A DNA stretch of 64,000 nucleotides from an uncultured virus (IMG/VR IMGVR_UViG_3300029705_004726) (Duplodnaviria; Heunggongvirae; Uroviricota; Caudoviricetes): IMG/VR virus record IMGVR_UViG_3300029705_004726. The stretch is one strand, 5' to 3'. How positions within the stretch are numbered: the stretch's first letter is position 1; every line of letters begins with the position of its first letter. The notes under the pieces are model-generated. The model did no database searches. It saw only the letters and a list, made by a program, of their open reading frames with translations, and had not been told where the DNA came from. Positions 38,650 to 49,541 of the stretch are shown one piece after another. A program made the translations under genes and the position numbers.

Positions 38650-39162
38650 ATGGGAAGAGGAATTTTAACAGAACAAATGAAAGAAATGTATGGTATTGAA
38701 AGTGTTAAGGAGTTGAGATTAATTCCCTATTTTCAGTATCTTTTAGTAAATCACATGAGCGTGGATGTTTCTAAGATAGATTCCGAAGAAAGAGAGATTT
38801 TGAAAAAGTGGAGAGATGAAGGTAAAATTACATTTTCTTGTAGCGAGCCTGTAACAGCTACCAAAAAATTTTGGGATTGGGCGAATGATATTCTTTGGGT
38901 TTCATATGTTCCACAATTGCATACGGAAAATGAGTGGCAAGAAAAGTATTGGGATAATGATGGACAGCCGTATAGAGATTTAAGCAGGGAAGATGATGGA
39001 ACACCTAGTAAAAATATTCGAAGATATGTAATTGTATTTGATGTAGAAAAAAGATATTACTGTTTTGTTGATGCAATTAATATGAATGAGGCACTAGGTA
39101 TTTTTTTCAAAAATCATGATACTGTTAGATACAGTAATATTTTTGTGCATCAGGAAATTTAA
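38650..39162 (+). CDS. Hypothetical protein
   Basis: RG.LT...ELRLIPY motif; AGGAGG RBS. Confidence 0.72.
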   Translation: MGRGILTEQMKEMYGIESVKELRLIPYFQYLLVNHMSVDVSKIDSEEREILKKWRDEGKITFSCSEPVTATKKFWDWANDILWVSYVPQLHTENEWQEKYWDNDGQPYRDLSREDDGTPSKNIRRYVIVFDVEKRYYCFVDAINMNEALGIFFKNHDTVRYSNIFVHQEI

Positions 39163-39235
39163 GCACTGGCGTTATTTAGTGAATTTATAAATTAGATTTG
39201 TGTTTGAATTTTATATATAAGGAGGATAAAAATAT

Positions 39236-39469
39236 ATGTCTGGATTTGCAATATTTTTAATAGCAATATATAGTATATTTAATATTATTGGAATAGCTAT
39301 GTTTGTTGTGAGTTATTCTGAATGCGAATATTATTGGGGATGTCCTAATTATAATTTTTACCATACAACAATGAATAGGTTCGGTTCAACAATGCTTTCT
39401 GTTGTTTGTTTTGTTTTTGTGCCACTGTATTTTATTTTATGGTTTATTTATTGGATATGCCATGTGTAA
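39236..39469 (+). CDS. Small membrane protein
   Basis: Two TM segments; AGGAGG RBS. Confidence 0.62.
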   Translation: MSGFAIFLIAIYSIFNIIGIAMFVVSYSECEYYWGCPNYNFYHTTMNRFGSTMLSVVCFVFVPLYFILWFIYWICHV

Positions 39470-39497
39470 AACAATAATTATAGATAAGGAGAAGGGC

Positions 39498-39980
39498 ATG
39501 ATAGTAAAGCAGATTCCTAATTATGAATTAGTAATAAAGACAAATAGTTATGTTGGAAATTTTGAAAGAGAGCTGGTAAGCTATTCTTTAGGAATTTTAG
39601 ATAAAGTGCAAATGGAAGGCGGAAGCGTTCATGGCGCTTATGAAATGGATTTATTTTGGAAAGAAGAATTTAATTCTGAAAGAATAGATTATTATGATGA
39701 TTATGAATTAAAAGATGAATATTTAATGGAAACTTATCAGGAAGTTGATGACTGGGAACAAATAACTTTTTATCATATAGTTGATAGTGATTCTTATTCT
39801 TTAGCTATTCAGTTAGTGAAACCTTTAACTGAGTATTGGGAAGAAATTATTGTTAGAAGAATTAAAAAGTTTTTTGAAATAAACCCATGTAAATATGATT
39901 TTGTATTTCCAGATGAAGGAAAACTGATAGATGTATATTTAATTGATTCAGATGGGAAAAGGATTAAAAACTATATGTAA
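39498..39980 (+). CDS. Hypothetical protein
   Basis: TNSY.GNFEREL motif; RBS. Confidence 0.7.
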   Translation: MIVKQIPNYELVIKTNSYVGNFERELVSYSLGILDKVQMEGGSVHGAYEMDLFWKEEFNSERIDYYDDYELKDEYLMETYQEVDDWEQITFYHIVDSDSYSLAIQLVKPLTEYWEEIIVRRIKKFFEINPCKYDFVFPDEGKLIDVYLIDSDGKRIKNYM

Positions 39981-40007
39981 TGTACCAAATCAATATTTTA
40001 TGAGGAG

Positions 40008-40868
40008 ATGGTTAAAATGATTTTATTTGATAAAGATGTTGATGTAAAAAAATATTGTTGTAGTCGTGATAATATAAATTATCCTGATACTATTCCTCAT
40101 ATTAATTTGTATGTGCAAACAACTGCTGCATGTAACGCAAAATGTTATTTTTGCGATACTAGATGTTCATCTGATGAATTTGATTTTGATAAATTAGGAG
40201 ATGTAATTAAAGAATTAGATGGAAAAGTTAAACTGGGCAAAATTGCACTAACAGGTGGAGAACCTCTTTTAAATGTTGATAGACTTCATAAGATTATAGA
40301 AGTTTGTGGAGAAAAGTACTTAACACTGAATACAAATGCTTTTAATATTTACAGACTTAAAGAGTTTTATCCTCTTGTAAGAGAAGTTCACATAAGCAAG
40401 CATCATTATAATAATCAAAAAAATGATGAGATAATGAAAATAAAAACGCCGACGCTTGCAGAGATTTATGATTACGGTCTTATTGATAAAGTTAAAGTAA
40501 ATTGTGTTTGGCAGCGGGGATACATGGAAAGTTTTGAAGACTTAGTAAAAATGTTAGAGTTTTTATCTTACTTTGGTTACAGGGAAATTAGAAATATTTC
40601 TTTGTTACCACTTACAAACAAAGGGATTGAACAGTATGTGGATTTAGTAAATCTAATGAAACAGTGTGAAGGATTTTTAAATGATGGATATATGTATGAT
40701 AAAGGTATGTGCCAATGTTTCGAATTTATGTACCTTGCGGGTAACGGAAGATTGGTAAAATCTTTAATAAGACAGACATTTAATGATGACTATTCATGTG
40801 TTAAACAATTAGTTTATGATGGTAAACATTTGTATGATGGCTTCAAAAAGAAAAATATTATATATTAG
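40008..40868 (+). CDS. Radical SAM protein
   Basis: CNAKCYFC, LTGGEPL, NTN, HISKHH. Confidence 0.9.
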   Translation: MVKMILFDKDVDVKKYCCSRDNINYPDTIPHINLYVQTTAACNAKCYFCDTRCSSDEFDFDKLGDVIKELDGKVKLGKIALTGGEPLLNVDRLHKIIEVCGEKYLTLNTNAFNIYRLKEFYPLVREVHISKHHYNNQKNDEIMKIKTPTLAEIYDYGLIDKVKVNCVWQRGYMESFEDLVKMLEFLSYFGYREIRNISLLPLTNKGIEQYVDLVNLMKQCEGFLNDGYMYDKGMCQCFEFMYLAGNGRLVKSLIRQTFNDDYSCVKQLVYDGKHLYDGFKKKNIIY

Positions 40869-40873
40869 AAAGG

Positions 40874-41152
40874 ATGTTGTATATGGATAAGTTAAGCATT
40901 TTAATTGAAGATTTAAAGAAAGCAGTAGAAATTGACTCATTTATTGAGCAGAAAGGCATTAAGACCACAAAGACAGAATCATCAGTGGAGAAACTCATCA
41001 AATATGGCATTGAGAATAAAATCATTAAAACCACTGATGATTTATTGAAAGTATGTAAGGAAGTGGGAAATAATATTTCAGAAGTTGCTCTTACATTCTT
41101 ATTTAGTAACTATTTATGGAAACGTCGTTTTGAAGAAGATGATAGATGTTAA
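40874..41152 (+). CDS. Hypothetical protein, paralog of 41357..41719
   Basis: Shared LI.DLKKA..I...S.V..L..Y......IK...DLLK.CK; ends in RC. Confidence 0.7.
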   Translation: MLYMDKLSILIEDLKKAVEIDSFIEQKGIKTTKTESSVEKLIKYGIENKIIKTTDDLLKVCKEVGNNISEVALTFLFSNYLWKRRFEEDDRC

Positions 41153-41165
41153 GGAGAGGATATTT

Positions 41166-41351
41166 ATGAGTAGAATTCATGATAATAAAGATGATTATAA
41201 AAAACTTCTTGAAATATTAAGAACGTATAGCAATGAAGATATTGCAAGAGTTATATGTTATGCAAAATCCAATGCAAGAGAAGATATTGTTGATATTATT
41301 CATGAAATGAATTTGAATCTTGCTGGGCTAAAGACTTATAATGAGGAGTGA
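41166..41351 (+). CDS. Small hypothetical protein
   Basis: GAGG RBS. Confidence 0.6.
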   Translation: MSRIHDNKDDYKKLLEILRTYSNEDIARVICYAKSNAREDIVDIIHEMNLNLAGLKTYNEE

Positions 41352-41356
41352 TTGTT

Positions 41357-41719
41357 ATGAAAAACATTGATACATTAATAAATGATTTGAAAAAAGCTAT
41401 ATCCATTGAGGAAAAATTATCCGAAATATCTTTAACAAAAATAAAGTCTCCCGTTGATGAGTTGCTTGAATATGCATTTTCTCATTCGGTTATTAAAAAT
41501 GCGTCCGATTTGTTAAAACTTTGTAAAACGTTTCCTATGCTTGAAAGTAAATTGACAGCGATGTATGATAATAAAACAAATAAGGGGGCTGGCAGTTCAG
41601 GTGTTACATATTATGAACGAATTCAGGACGTTCCTGGATATGGTGTAACATGGAATGAAAGATGTATTCCTGATGATGTTGTGATTAGAGGTTATGCTAC
41701 ATATCCATCAAGATGTTAG
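41357..41719 (+). CDS. Hypothetical protein, paralog of 40874..41152, with C-terminal extension
   Basis: Tail ...VTWNERCIPDDVVIRGYATYPSRC. Confidence 0.7.
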   Translation: MKNIDTLINDLKKAISIEEKLSEISLTKIKSPVDELLEYAFSHSVIKNASDLLKLCKTFPMLESKLTAMYDNKTNKGAGSSGVTYYERIQDVPGYGVTWNERCIPDDVVIRGYATYPSRC

Positions 41720-42039
41720 ATGAGCTATAAGTTAAAATAAGGGGTATTATTTTTACAATAACTCTTATTTTTAACCATTTAACATTGTAATTATAATAAT
41801 ATTGTAATATAATATTAGATAAACTAATGCTTATTAAACGTATATGGAGGTTAGAAAATGAAGGTAGTTTTAGCAGGAGTCTATATAATTGGATTAATAA
41901 TTGATATGGCTTTGTTGATTTTTTGTTTAATACCTAAAAAAGAAGAAGATGCAAAAAATTGATGATAAAACTTCTTTTGATAGAAGTATTGATTATATTA
42001 AAATAATCCATAAATAAAATAGTTTAAGAAGGGACATAT

Positions 42040-42327
42040 ATGAGAAATTCGTTTATTATGAACATAAAAGAAGCACTTGGTGATTGTGCGGAGAATGTTA
42101 AATCTATTTGTTATTGGAACTCTGTTGATAAAAAATTCAAAGAAATAGCGGATAGAAAAATGACAGAATTTGATATGGAGTTTGAACATTCATCTAAAAT
42201 TTTTGATGAATTTCAACCTGATGATGAAGAAAAAATTGAAGCCTATGCTTCTGGATACGGGTATATGATTGTTGATGAACAATTTTTACCATATAAAACA
42301 AAATATACTTTTAGAAAAATAAAATAA
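42040..42327 (+). CDS. Hypothetical protein
   Basis: ORF followed by a terminator. Confidence 0.62.
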   Translation: MRNSFIMNIKEALGDCAENVKSICYWNSVDKKFKEIADRKMTEFDMEFEHSSKIFDEFQPDDEEKIEAYASGYGYMIVDEQFLPYKTKYTFRKIK

Positions 42328-42377
42328 TATACATAACAAAACAGGTCTAAATCTAGACCTGTTTTTATTTATTGTTA

Positions 42378-43109
42378 TTAAATATTTTTTAATTCTTGAA
42401 GAACGCTTAGATAATAAGTACTTGCTGTTGAACTTCTGTTTAAAAATTTTTCTGTATCAGAGCAACACAGGCACTTGTCACCATTCATCATACTTTTGAT
42501 AAAAATTTTTTTACAATGAGTACATTCAACTAAATCATCAATTGGGATATTTAATTCTTCGTTGATAATTTTTATTTTTTCTTCTTTTTTTGAAAATATA
42601 TTTTTTATATATTCTTTTACTTTGTCATCATCATTTTTTTCATCTGAGCATGAATTACAAATAATATAATCATCGTCTTCTTTATGTTTTATATACAAAG
42701 AGCATAATTGTCCGCATTCATAACAACGCTCAATACATTCTGGTGAAATCTTTAAGCGTCTTGCAAGCACGTCATTAGAATATCCTAAAATAAGTTTTTT
42801 TTCAACAAGCATTTCGGCAAGTTCGCCGTCAAATATATCGCTATCATAATATTCTAGGTTCTTCCAATATTTAAGCAATTCTAATTTATTTGTGAGCAAA
42901 CATGCTTTTCCAAATGCAGCATACCACCCACTGGTGGAAGTATTCATAGGAATACCTTCATCAGCAAACAATTCGAGACTATAGTAGTCATGTATTCTAA
43001 ATAATTGATTTCTAAGTTCTAATAGAAAATCATCAGTAATTAATGTTTTTATGTTATGTGGAATAGCATATTCAACATAAACAGAATCTCCTTCTTTTAC
43101 AATTGGCAT
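42378..43109 (-). CDS. Hypothetical protein with repeated CxxC zinc motifs
   Basis: CYECG..CNSC, CTHC..CLCC. Confidence 0.7.
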   Translation of the reverse strand: MPIVKEGDSVYVEYAIPHNIKTLITDDFLLELRNQLFRIHDYYSLELFADEGIPMNTSTSGWYAAFGKACLLTNKLELLKYWKNLEYYDSDIFDGELAEMLVEKKLILGYSNDVLARRLKISPECIERCYECGQLCSLYIKHKEDDDYIICNSCSDEKNDDDKVKEYIKNIFSKKEEKIKIINEELNIPIDDLVECTHCKKIFIKSMMNGDKCLCCSDTEKFLNRSSTASTYYLSVLQELKNI

Positions 43110-43408
43110 AATATTACTCCTCTCTTGATTTTTCTTGCAGTTTTTCTTCTAATTCTTTTACCTTTTCTTTTAATTTCATCTTTTCTAATACAGTTTTTGC
43201 AAATTCACATTTTTCGTTACATTCTTTAGTATATTCTTTTCCATACTTTGCATAACAGTGTTCATAACAAGGATTAAACATTTTATCACTTCCTTTATAA
43301 ATAAATTTATATCATATACCGCAATTATTAATATAAGTATATCATATATTATATATTTTTGTCTATATATAACAGAAAAAAGATGGCCGTAAAGCCATCT
43401 TTTCTGTG

Positions 43409-44323
43409 TTACTCTTCATTAAAAAAGCTATTTGCTTCATCAGGGTCTCCTGCTTCCATGTAATAGTCATAGAGAAATTCTCTTTGACGCTTTGTAATAC
43501 GATTTCCAGCTTGAATAATAGCCCTTCCGAACGCTCCGCCCATTGGATTATGTAACAGAACATAACCCTTTTCTTTTACAAGATAATCTACGGAGTAATA
43601 TACAGAATTAGGGTTTTCTTTTCTTTTACTAAGATAATCAGGATACCAGCCGTTTTCATCAATAATTTCTGTGGCAGATTTTTCATGGGTTCCCCAATCG
43701 CTCTGGATAAACTTGCCATCAGGAGTGACAAATCCAAACTTTGTTGGTTCAAGTTTTTCCTGTTCATCTTCCTGCCCAATTATTTCATCAGCATGTTTTT
43801 CGTTGCCATCATCGGAAATGTCTTTTGTATGAACGGTTGCGCCCATTTGCACCAGTTCTTCTAACTCCAGTTTCTTTCCGTTTTTCGTAAAGATTATCCA
43901 GCTCCAGTCACCGTGGCCGTCAACCTCATATTCTATGCCAAATGTTTTGCAGAAGAAATCGACATCTTCTTTTGTGATGCGTCTTACATTGAGTGTCATT
44001 TTATCGATAAAGTTTTTACCGATAAGAGCAGCCCCTACTTTAGCAAGAGAATCTTTCTGTTCTTTTGTCATTTTAGGGTATCTGTACTCAATAGAGTTTT
44101 TGGCATTTTTTACCTCTTCCTTACTACTGTTAGCCTTTACCGCATTGTCCATAAACTTAGACAACTTCTTAATAGTATCTAAAATTGTGCGAGAATCAGT
44201 AAGTGCCTTTTCACCAAGGTCGCAATCAATCTTCTGATTGAAGTCCTCAAGTCTGACGATGATGTCTTTCATCTCCATCTCAAGTTTTTCAACAATCATA
44301 AGTTCACTTAAATATGGAATCAT
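43409..44323 (-). CDS. Hypothetical protein (C-terminal GF..PDG.F....GTHE domain)
   Basis: Start MIPYLS after AAAGGGGG RBS. Confidence 0.72.
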   Translation of the reverse strand: MIPYLSELMIVEKLEMEMKDIIVRLEDFNQKIDCDLGEKALTDSRTILDTIKKLSKFMDNAVKANSSKEEVKNAKNSIEYRYPKMTKEQKDSLAKVGAALIGKNFIDKMTLNVRRITKEDVDFFCKTFGIEYEVDGHGDWSWIIFTKNGKKLELEELVQMGATVHTKDISDDGNEKHADEIIGQEDEQEKLEPTKFGFVTPDGKFIQSDWGTHEKSATEIIDENGWYPDYLSKRKENPNSVYYSVDYLVKEKGYVLLHNPMGGAFGRAIIQAGNRITKRQREFLYDYYMEAGDPDEANSFFNEE

Positions 44324-44425
44324 CAATAATCCCCCTTTCGTATAAATAATAACTTTGTTGCGTATTTCTATATAACTTAGTATATTAATTATATCATATT
44401 TTACTATATTCGGCAATAACAAAGA

Positions 44426-44704
44426 TTATTTGTAATAAATCCATACGCCTTTTTTTTCAAAATTATCTGTATGGATAGAAATTATATTTATATCTAAGTA
44501 CTGGGATAAAGTTGTTATAATATTTTCTTTCCATGTATTTCCCGTTTTTTTTGATTCTATTGAATTTTTGAACCATATCCCATAGTTATCGATGCAGGCT
44601 TCTTTAAGATTGTTAGTAATACTACTTACTAGTTCTTGAAACTTATTCGCCTCAAGATAATAGCATTTTCTTTCTTCTAAATTATTAGTATTCATAATAA
44701 ACAT
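44426..44704 (-). CDS. Hypothetical protein
   Basis: AGGAG RBS. Confidence 0.6.
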   Translation of the reverse strand: MFIMNTNNLEERKCYYLEANKFQELVSSITNNLKEACIDNYGIWFKNSIESKKTGNTWKENIITTLSQYLDINIISIHTDNFEKKGVWIYYK

Positions 44705-44779
44705 CTCCTATATTTTAATTTTAAGTATTCTAGTAATATAATATAATTAAAATTTTAAAAAATAAAGGAGTTGAGAAAA

Positions 44780-45931
44780 ATGGCTGTAATATATTCAATA
44801 ATATTAATTATATTTTTTATTTTATTTTTTGTTAAAAAGAATGATAATTATTTTCTTATAACGCTTGGTATTGATTTTGGCGCGATATTATCAAATATTA
44901 TTTTAATGGCATATTTACTTTTGTATTTACAAAACGGTCATATTGCACCACTTGATGAATTTATATTACAATTGGCAATTATAATATTTACATCAATTTT
45001 TGATGTATTGATTTTTGTAATAGTAGCTATTATGTATTTTATTAAATTTAAGAATGAAGAAGGTATTAATATAAAAAAATATATAATTAAGCCTTTCTTG
45101 ATAGTTACATTTATTACTTTTTTATTAACTTTTGTAAATTTTGGTTGTTCTGTTATTATAAATAAAATAGAAAAAGCAAATAATGAAAAAATTAAGACAG
45201 AAGAAGTTAATAAAATGGCTGATTTTCTTAATAATAAATATGGTCTGTCTTTAGATGATGACAATTGTATATTGTTTAGGAAGAAAGATTATAATTTTCA
45301 CGGAGATGTATTTGGTAATGGTAGTTATTATAATATTCCTTATGTCTGTGTTTTTGATAACGATGGCGAAAAAATAACAGTCGTAGATAGAGATGGATAC
45401 ATATCCGATAATAGAGAAATACAAAACATTGGGTATTTAATGGCAAAATATTTTTCGAAAATTGCTGGAACGGAGATTGAATATGTCGAGGTTAGGAATT
45501 GTTCTAATGGCTATATTACAGATTATTTAATTAACGATGTTATTCAAAATAATTTTAATGAAAAATTTTCGGATAATAATATTTCAGATTTTATCAATAA
45601 ATTATTGTTAGTTGATAATTTAGAGATTAATTTTTATTTAAAAGACAGTGATGATATTCAAATTGAGGAACTTACATCAAAACTTGAATATTTAGGTGAA
45701 AATAAAAATATTAAAATATTAAAAATAATTATATTTGATGATAACTTCCTAGTTAATAAAATTGATAGTGATATTATGGATTTGTATGACTATCATAAAT
45801 TTAATTTTTATTATGTTGATAAGGATGTCTTGTTAATAAATAAAACTGCGTCATTGATTCTTGATAGAGGGTATAATGTAATATATGATGATAATGATAT
45901 AAAAATCGGCAATTGGATAGTTAAAGAATAA
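44780..45931 (+). CDS. Membrane protein with large extracellular domain
   Basis: Four N-terminal TM segments; very AT-rich. Confidence 0.7.
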   Translation: MAVIYSIILIIFFILFFVKKNDNYFLITLGIDFGAILSNIILMAYLLLYLQNGHIAPLDEFILQLAIIIFTSIFDVLIFVIVAIMYFIKFKNEEGINIKKYIIKPFLIVTFITFLLTFVNFGCSVIINKIEKANNEKIKTEEVNKMADFLNNKYGLSLDDDNCILFRKKDYNFHGDVFGNGSYYNIPYVCVFDNDGEKITVVDRDGYISDNREIQNIGYLMAKYFSKIAGTEIEYVEVRNCSNGYITDYLINDVIQNNFNEKFSDNNISDFINKLLLVDNLEINFYLKDSDDIQIEELTSKLEYLGENKNIKILKIIIFDDNFLVNKIDSDIMDLYDYHKFNFYYVDKDVLLINKTASLILDRGYNVIYDDNDIKIGNWIVKE

Positions 45932-45980
45932 TGAAGTAAAGGTAGGTAAAAACTTAATTTTTACCTACCTTTACTTAAAT

Positions 45981-46196
45981 TTATTTATGTATTATTCCGC
46001 TAGTTACATAAGGTGTTTTTAAATAAAAGCTTTTTCCAGATAGTTTATGATTTCGTTTTGACTCAGGGACAAATATTTTTAAGCCGCCAGAGAGAAAGTT
46101 CTTTCTTATTTTTACTCCATCTATAGAGCTGACTAGTTTTATTAAATTTTTATGTTCTGATACTTGTTTTTTTGATAAATTAATTATTTTTTTCAT
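45981..46196 (-). CDS. Small basic hypothetical protein
   Basis: ORF in operon. Confidence 0.55.
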   Translation of the reverse strand: MKKIINLSKKQVSEHKNLIKLVSSIDGVKIRKNFLSGGLKIFVPESKRNHKLSGKSFYLKTPYVTSGIIHK

Positions 46197-46209
46197 AGTT
46201 TTTCCTTAT

Positions 46210-47043
46210 CTATAATTCTAATATCGGTCCATAGTAGCACTCGTCGTTAGTTTCGCTTACTTTACTAATGGCGGCACTAATCATTTTTGCATAATTAATT
46301 GCATTAGTAGAATATGGTCCATAACAACAGCCAGAATTCGCTTCAATAAGAATTGTTTTATAGGTATATTCTTCTGATGCAACTATTTCAGAAGCACTGT
46401 CTTTTTTAACTCTAATTATTCCCCAGTCCAGGGTACAAGAACTAGGTCTGTCCTTCCACTTTATCCAGTCTTTCATTGCTTGTTTAATTATACTTGTATC
46501 AAGTTTGTTCATATATTCCCAATTGCCACGATAAGGCCGTAAATCAACTAGTTGGTCATAGTATACTGTGCCTCTTACCTCGTAGACAATATCAAGTGGT
46601 TCTGATACAAATACTTCATAATTTTCATAACAAGAGCCACAACCAATTAGGTCTCCTAGGTTTGAAATTATTTTTCCTGTAAACGCTTTTTCTTTCAATG
46701 GTTTTATAAAGTTGCCCGCAGACCATTTTTTTTCGTCATTAGCAATAGAGTTAGTGGTATCTTTCCATATTTTTCTTCCTAAATATTTTTCTAAACATTC
46801 AGGATATTCAATTTGAGGAAATTTAAAGCCAAATTTATTTAGGCAGTAATCAACCTGCTGTATACCATCTAAAACAATATCGCCCTTTTCATAGATATCG
46901 TAGATTTCATCAACCCTATCATAAAAATGTATTTCAAATCCCATTTCATGAAATCCCTCTATTGCAATAGCAATATTTCTATTGTAAGGAATTCGTCCCG
47001 CATGTTCATCATGTATTGTTCTGCATCTTGCATATACTTTCAT
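46210..47043 (-). CDS. ATP-grasp protein (DUF4343/R2K-like)
   Basis: YPE.L..YLGRKIW, FIKP...K.FTG, SE...I..E.R, LD.G, LIEAN. Confidence 0.8.
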   Translation of the reverse strand: MKVYARCRTIHDEHAGRIPYNRNIAIAIEGFHEMGFEIHFYDRVDEIYDIYEKGDIVLDGIQQVDYCLNKFGFKFPQIEYPECLEKYLGRKIWKDTTNSIANDEKKWSAGNFIKPLKEKAFTGKIISNLGDLIGCGSCYENYEVFVSEPLDIVYEVRGTVYYDQLVDLRPYRGNWEYMNKLDTSIIKQAMKDWIKWKDRPSSCTLDWGIIRVKKDSASEIVASEEYTYKTILIEANSGCCYGPYSTNAINYAKMISAAISKVSETNDECYYGPILEL

Positions 47044-47063
47044 TATATGTTATCTCCTATAGT

Positions 47064-47642
47064 TTAGCTTTTTATTGCTATAGTTTTGTTTTCGATTGAA
47101 TATTCAACCCAGTAATCATCTGAATATTCTGTATCAGAGCAAGCAATGCCATTATCTAAGTCTAATAATGAACGATTTCCACTAATTATATATGTATCTG
47201 TATTATAGAACTTTTCCAATTCTTCATTAGCTTGTTCTTTTGTTAAAAAAGGTCCATGAATACTAAAAATTCTTTGACCGTCAAGTTCAGCTTCTTCTTT
47301 AATTAAGAAGATAGTAATTTCTTGTTTTTCATTTTCAATTTCTTCTTCTTTTTTATAAACAATCTTTTTTAATTCTGCTATTGATTCTTCGCTTGCCTTA
47401 TGAAAACAATTAGCCATTCGAGGTCCTGTATAGTTTTTTACATAACCCAATTTAACTAATTTTTTCATTTCTTTTAAATGAGAACACTCATAAGAACGCA
47501 AACAATATTCTCCATAAGCAGAATCTTCTTCTGTCTCATCAATTTCTTGTAAACAGGTTGATAATTTATTTATTTCAAATTCAACGCCATTTATATTTAA
47601 ATAATGCTCAATAGCAAGTTTTTTCAATACTTCTACTTTCAT
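47064..47642 (-). CDS. Hypothetical protein, paralog of 47674..48240
   Basis: Shared ING..F.I.KL...G.Y.L...KLVKL..VK.Y. Confidence 0.72.
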   Translation of the reverse strand: MKVEVLKKLAIEHYLNINGVEFEINKLSTCLQEIDETEEDSAYGEYCLRSYECSHLKEMKKLVKLGYVKNYTGPRMANCFHKASEESIAELKKIVYKKEEEIENEKQEITIFLIKEEAELDGQRIFSIHGPFLTKEQANEELEKFYNTDTYIISGNRSLLDLDNGIACSDTEYSDDYWVEYSIENKTIAIKS

Positions 47643-47673
47643 AATACACTATTCCTCCTCTGTTTTTGCAATT

Positions 47674-48240
47674 TTATTTGTTTTCAGGTGTATTTATTCC
47701 AATTTCGTTAATTTGAAAGCGGGTCCAAGTATCTTCTTTTTCGCAAGGAAAAGAAAGAATATATTTTTCTCCAATTTTAGGTTCCGTACCGCACCAATCA
47801 TTACTAAACAAGCCAATCAAAGCACTTTTTGCTTCATTTTCTCCGATATAAATACCATGAACTTTAAATGCTATGTCATTACCTCTATGTGATTCTTCTA
47901 AAATTATGTAGAATTGTTCATCAGAAGCGTCCTTCATAATCATTAACAGTTCATTTTTTAAATCAACAATTTTGTTAGCGTCAATTTGACAGTAACAATT
48001 TGTTCCAATACTGTTCTGATATTTTTTTACAAAGTCAAGTTTGACAAGCTTTTCTAATGTATCTAAATCTTTTACAGAATCTTCATGTAAAGAATAATAA
48101 CCAAAACTTTCTTGGTCATCATTTTCTTTCGTAATTTGAATTTTAACGAGGCTATCTAATAATTTTTTTATTTGAAAAGATATTCCGTTAATCATAACAT
48201 ATTGTTCTAACACAGGTTTATAATAAGTTTTAATATTCAT
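47674..48240 (-). CDS. Hypothetical protein, paralog of 47064..47642
   Basis: Same motif as 47064..47642. Confidence 0.72.
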   Translation of the reverse strand: MNIKTYYKPVLEQYVMINGISFQIKKLLDSLVKIQITKENDDQESFGYYSLHEDSVKDLDTLEKLVKLDFVKKYQNSIGTNCYCQIDANKIVDLKNELLMIMKDASDEQFYIILEESHRGNDIAFKVHGIYIGENEAKSALIGLFSNDWCGTEPKIGEKYILSFPCEKEDTWTRFQINEIGINTPENK

Positions 48241-48256
48241 ACGCATTCCTCCATTA

Positions 48257-48574
48257 TCAGTGTTTGTTGATAAATTCGTCATAGTACATATCATTTATAA
48301 TTGCGTCATGCAATCTTGGATAACTGTATCTATTTTTTAATTTTACATCAATTTTTGTTCCAGAAATTTCATAACTTGTTTCTGTTCCAGATAATTCGTT
48401 AATATCTATTCCTGTTATAGATTTTATTTCGTCATATGCCCATTTCGGCACGGTTATTACAGTAAGCGAATAATCGTTACAAAGTATTAAATTGTTTTTA
48501 TATAATTCAAGCACCTGTTCAGTAGTAAAACCGCATCTTTCTGTATTTAATATTTTTCCTAACATTTTTTTCAT
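48257..48574 (-). CDS. Hypothetical protein
   Basis: AGGAGG RBS. Confidence 0.65.
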   Translation of the reverse strand: MKKMLGKILNTERCGFTTEQVLELYKNNLILCNDYSLTVITVPKWAYDEIKSITGIDINELSGTETSYEISGTKIDVKLKNRYSYPRLHDAIINDMYYDEFINKH

Positions 48575-48748
48575 ATTATGTCCTCCTTATTGTTCAATTT
48601 TTTCTATATCTGATATTCTAACAACAATTTCGTTATCCTCTGTTTCAATAATTGCCGTGTTTGTCGCCCATAGCATAGCTGTTAAAATTCCCTCTGCTCC
48701 TTTATAAAGGCCATTAATAACTCTTACTCTGTCCATAGTTAATTCTCC

Positions 48749-49033
48749 TTACTTAAACTTAAAAGTGATAGTTGACGGGCAAGAACCGTCTGATTTCCAA
48801 AAGTAACCGTCAGAAAATAAATCGCTGTTTTCTTTAACAATTTTTTTGATAAACTTATCAAAAATCTTTTTATCTGAACCCCATTGAAAAACAATATTTG
48901 TATCAGAAATTGTAATGGGGTGAACCATTGTCTGCCCTCCGCTTAACCACATTCTATTATAAAGATATTTTTGGGCTAATTTTTCTTTTCTGAAACTGTC
49001 TATGAATTTTTGTAGTCTTTCTTTATTTGTCAT
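48749..49033 (-). CDS. Hypothetical protein
   Basis: GGGAGG RBS. Confidence 0.65.
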   Translation of the reverse strand: MTNKERLQKFIDSFRKEKLAQKYLYNRMWLSGGQTMVHPITISDTNIVFQWGSDKKIFDKFIKKIVKENSDLFSDGYFWKSDGSCPSTITFKFK

Positions 49034-49050
49034 ATAAATTCCTCCCTTAT

Positions 49051-49356
49051 CTAGAATTCACTAAAACCTCTTTCATAAAACCAATCTTGATTGATACCAT
49101 CGACTGCTTTATCATAGATGTTTTCTTTCCACTCATTATATTTTGCAACTAAGTTGTCGTAATTTTCATTTTCATAATATAATTCTAATCCAAAGTCATC
49201 AGCTCCCCACACACTAATCTTTACGAAGTGATATTTTGAGTTATTAAAAAAAGTTATAAATATGCTTATTTTTATTTTATTACCCTCAAAACAAGGATAC
49301 CAATCATCTGTAACCACAACCATTTTTTCAAGTTCATTTAATCCGAATCCTTCCAT
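49051..49356 (-). CDS. Hypothetical protein, paralog of 8893..9246
   Basis: DDWYPCF...VWGADDFG. Confidence 0.7.
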   Translation of the reverse strand: MEGFGLNELEKMVVVTDDWYPCFEGNKIKISIFITFFNNSKYHFVKISVWGADDFGLELYYENENYDNLVAKYNEWKENIYDKAVDGINQDWFYERGFSEF

Positions 49357-49541
49357 AATATCTCCTCCTTTATATATATAATTATACCATATTATATGTA
49401 ATATGTCTACATAATAACAGGATTTCTTTTTATTAATTAAACAAAAACACCCTACTTCCAATAGAAAATAGGGTGTTCTTTATAATTTTATATTGATAAC
49501 ACATCGTTTTTATCAGTGTCATTAGGTAGCATTGTTTATAT

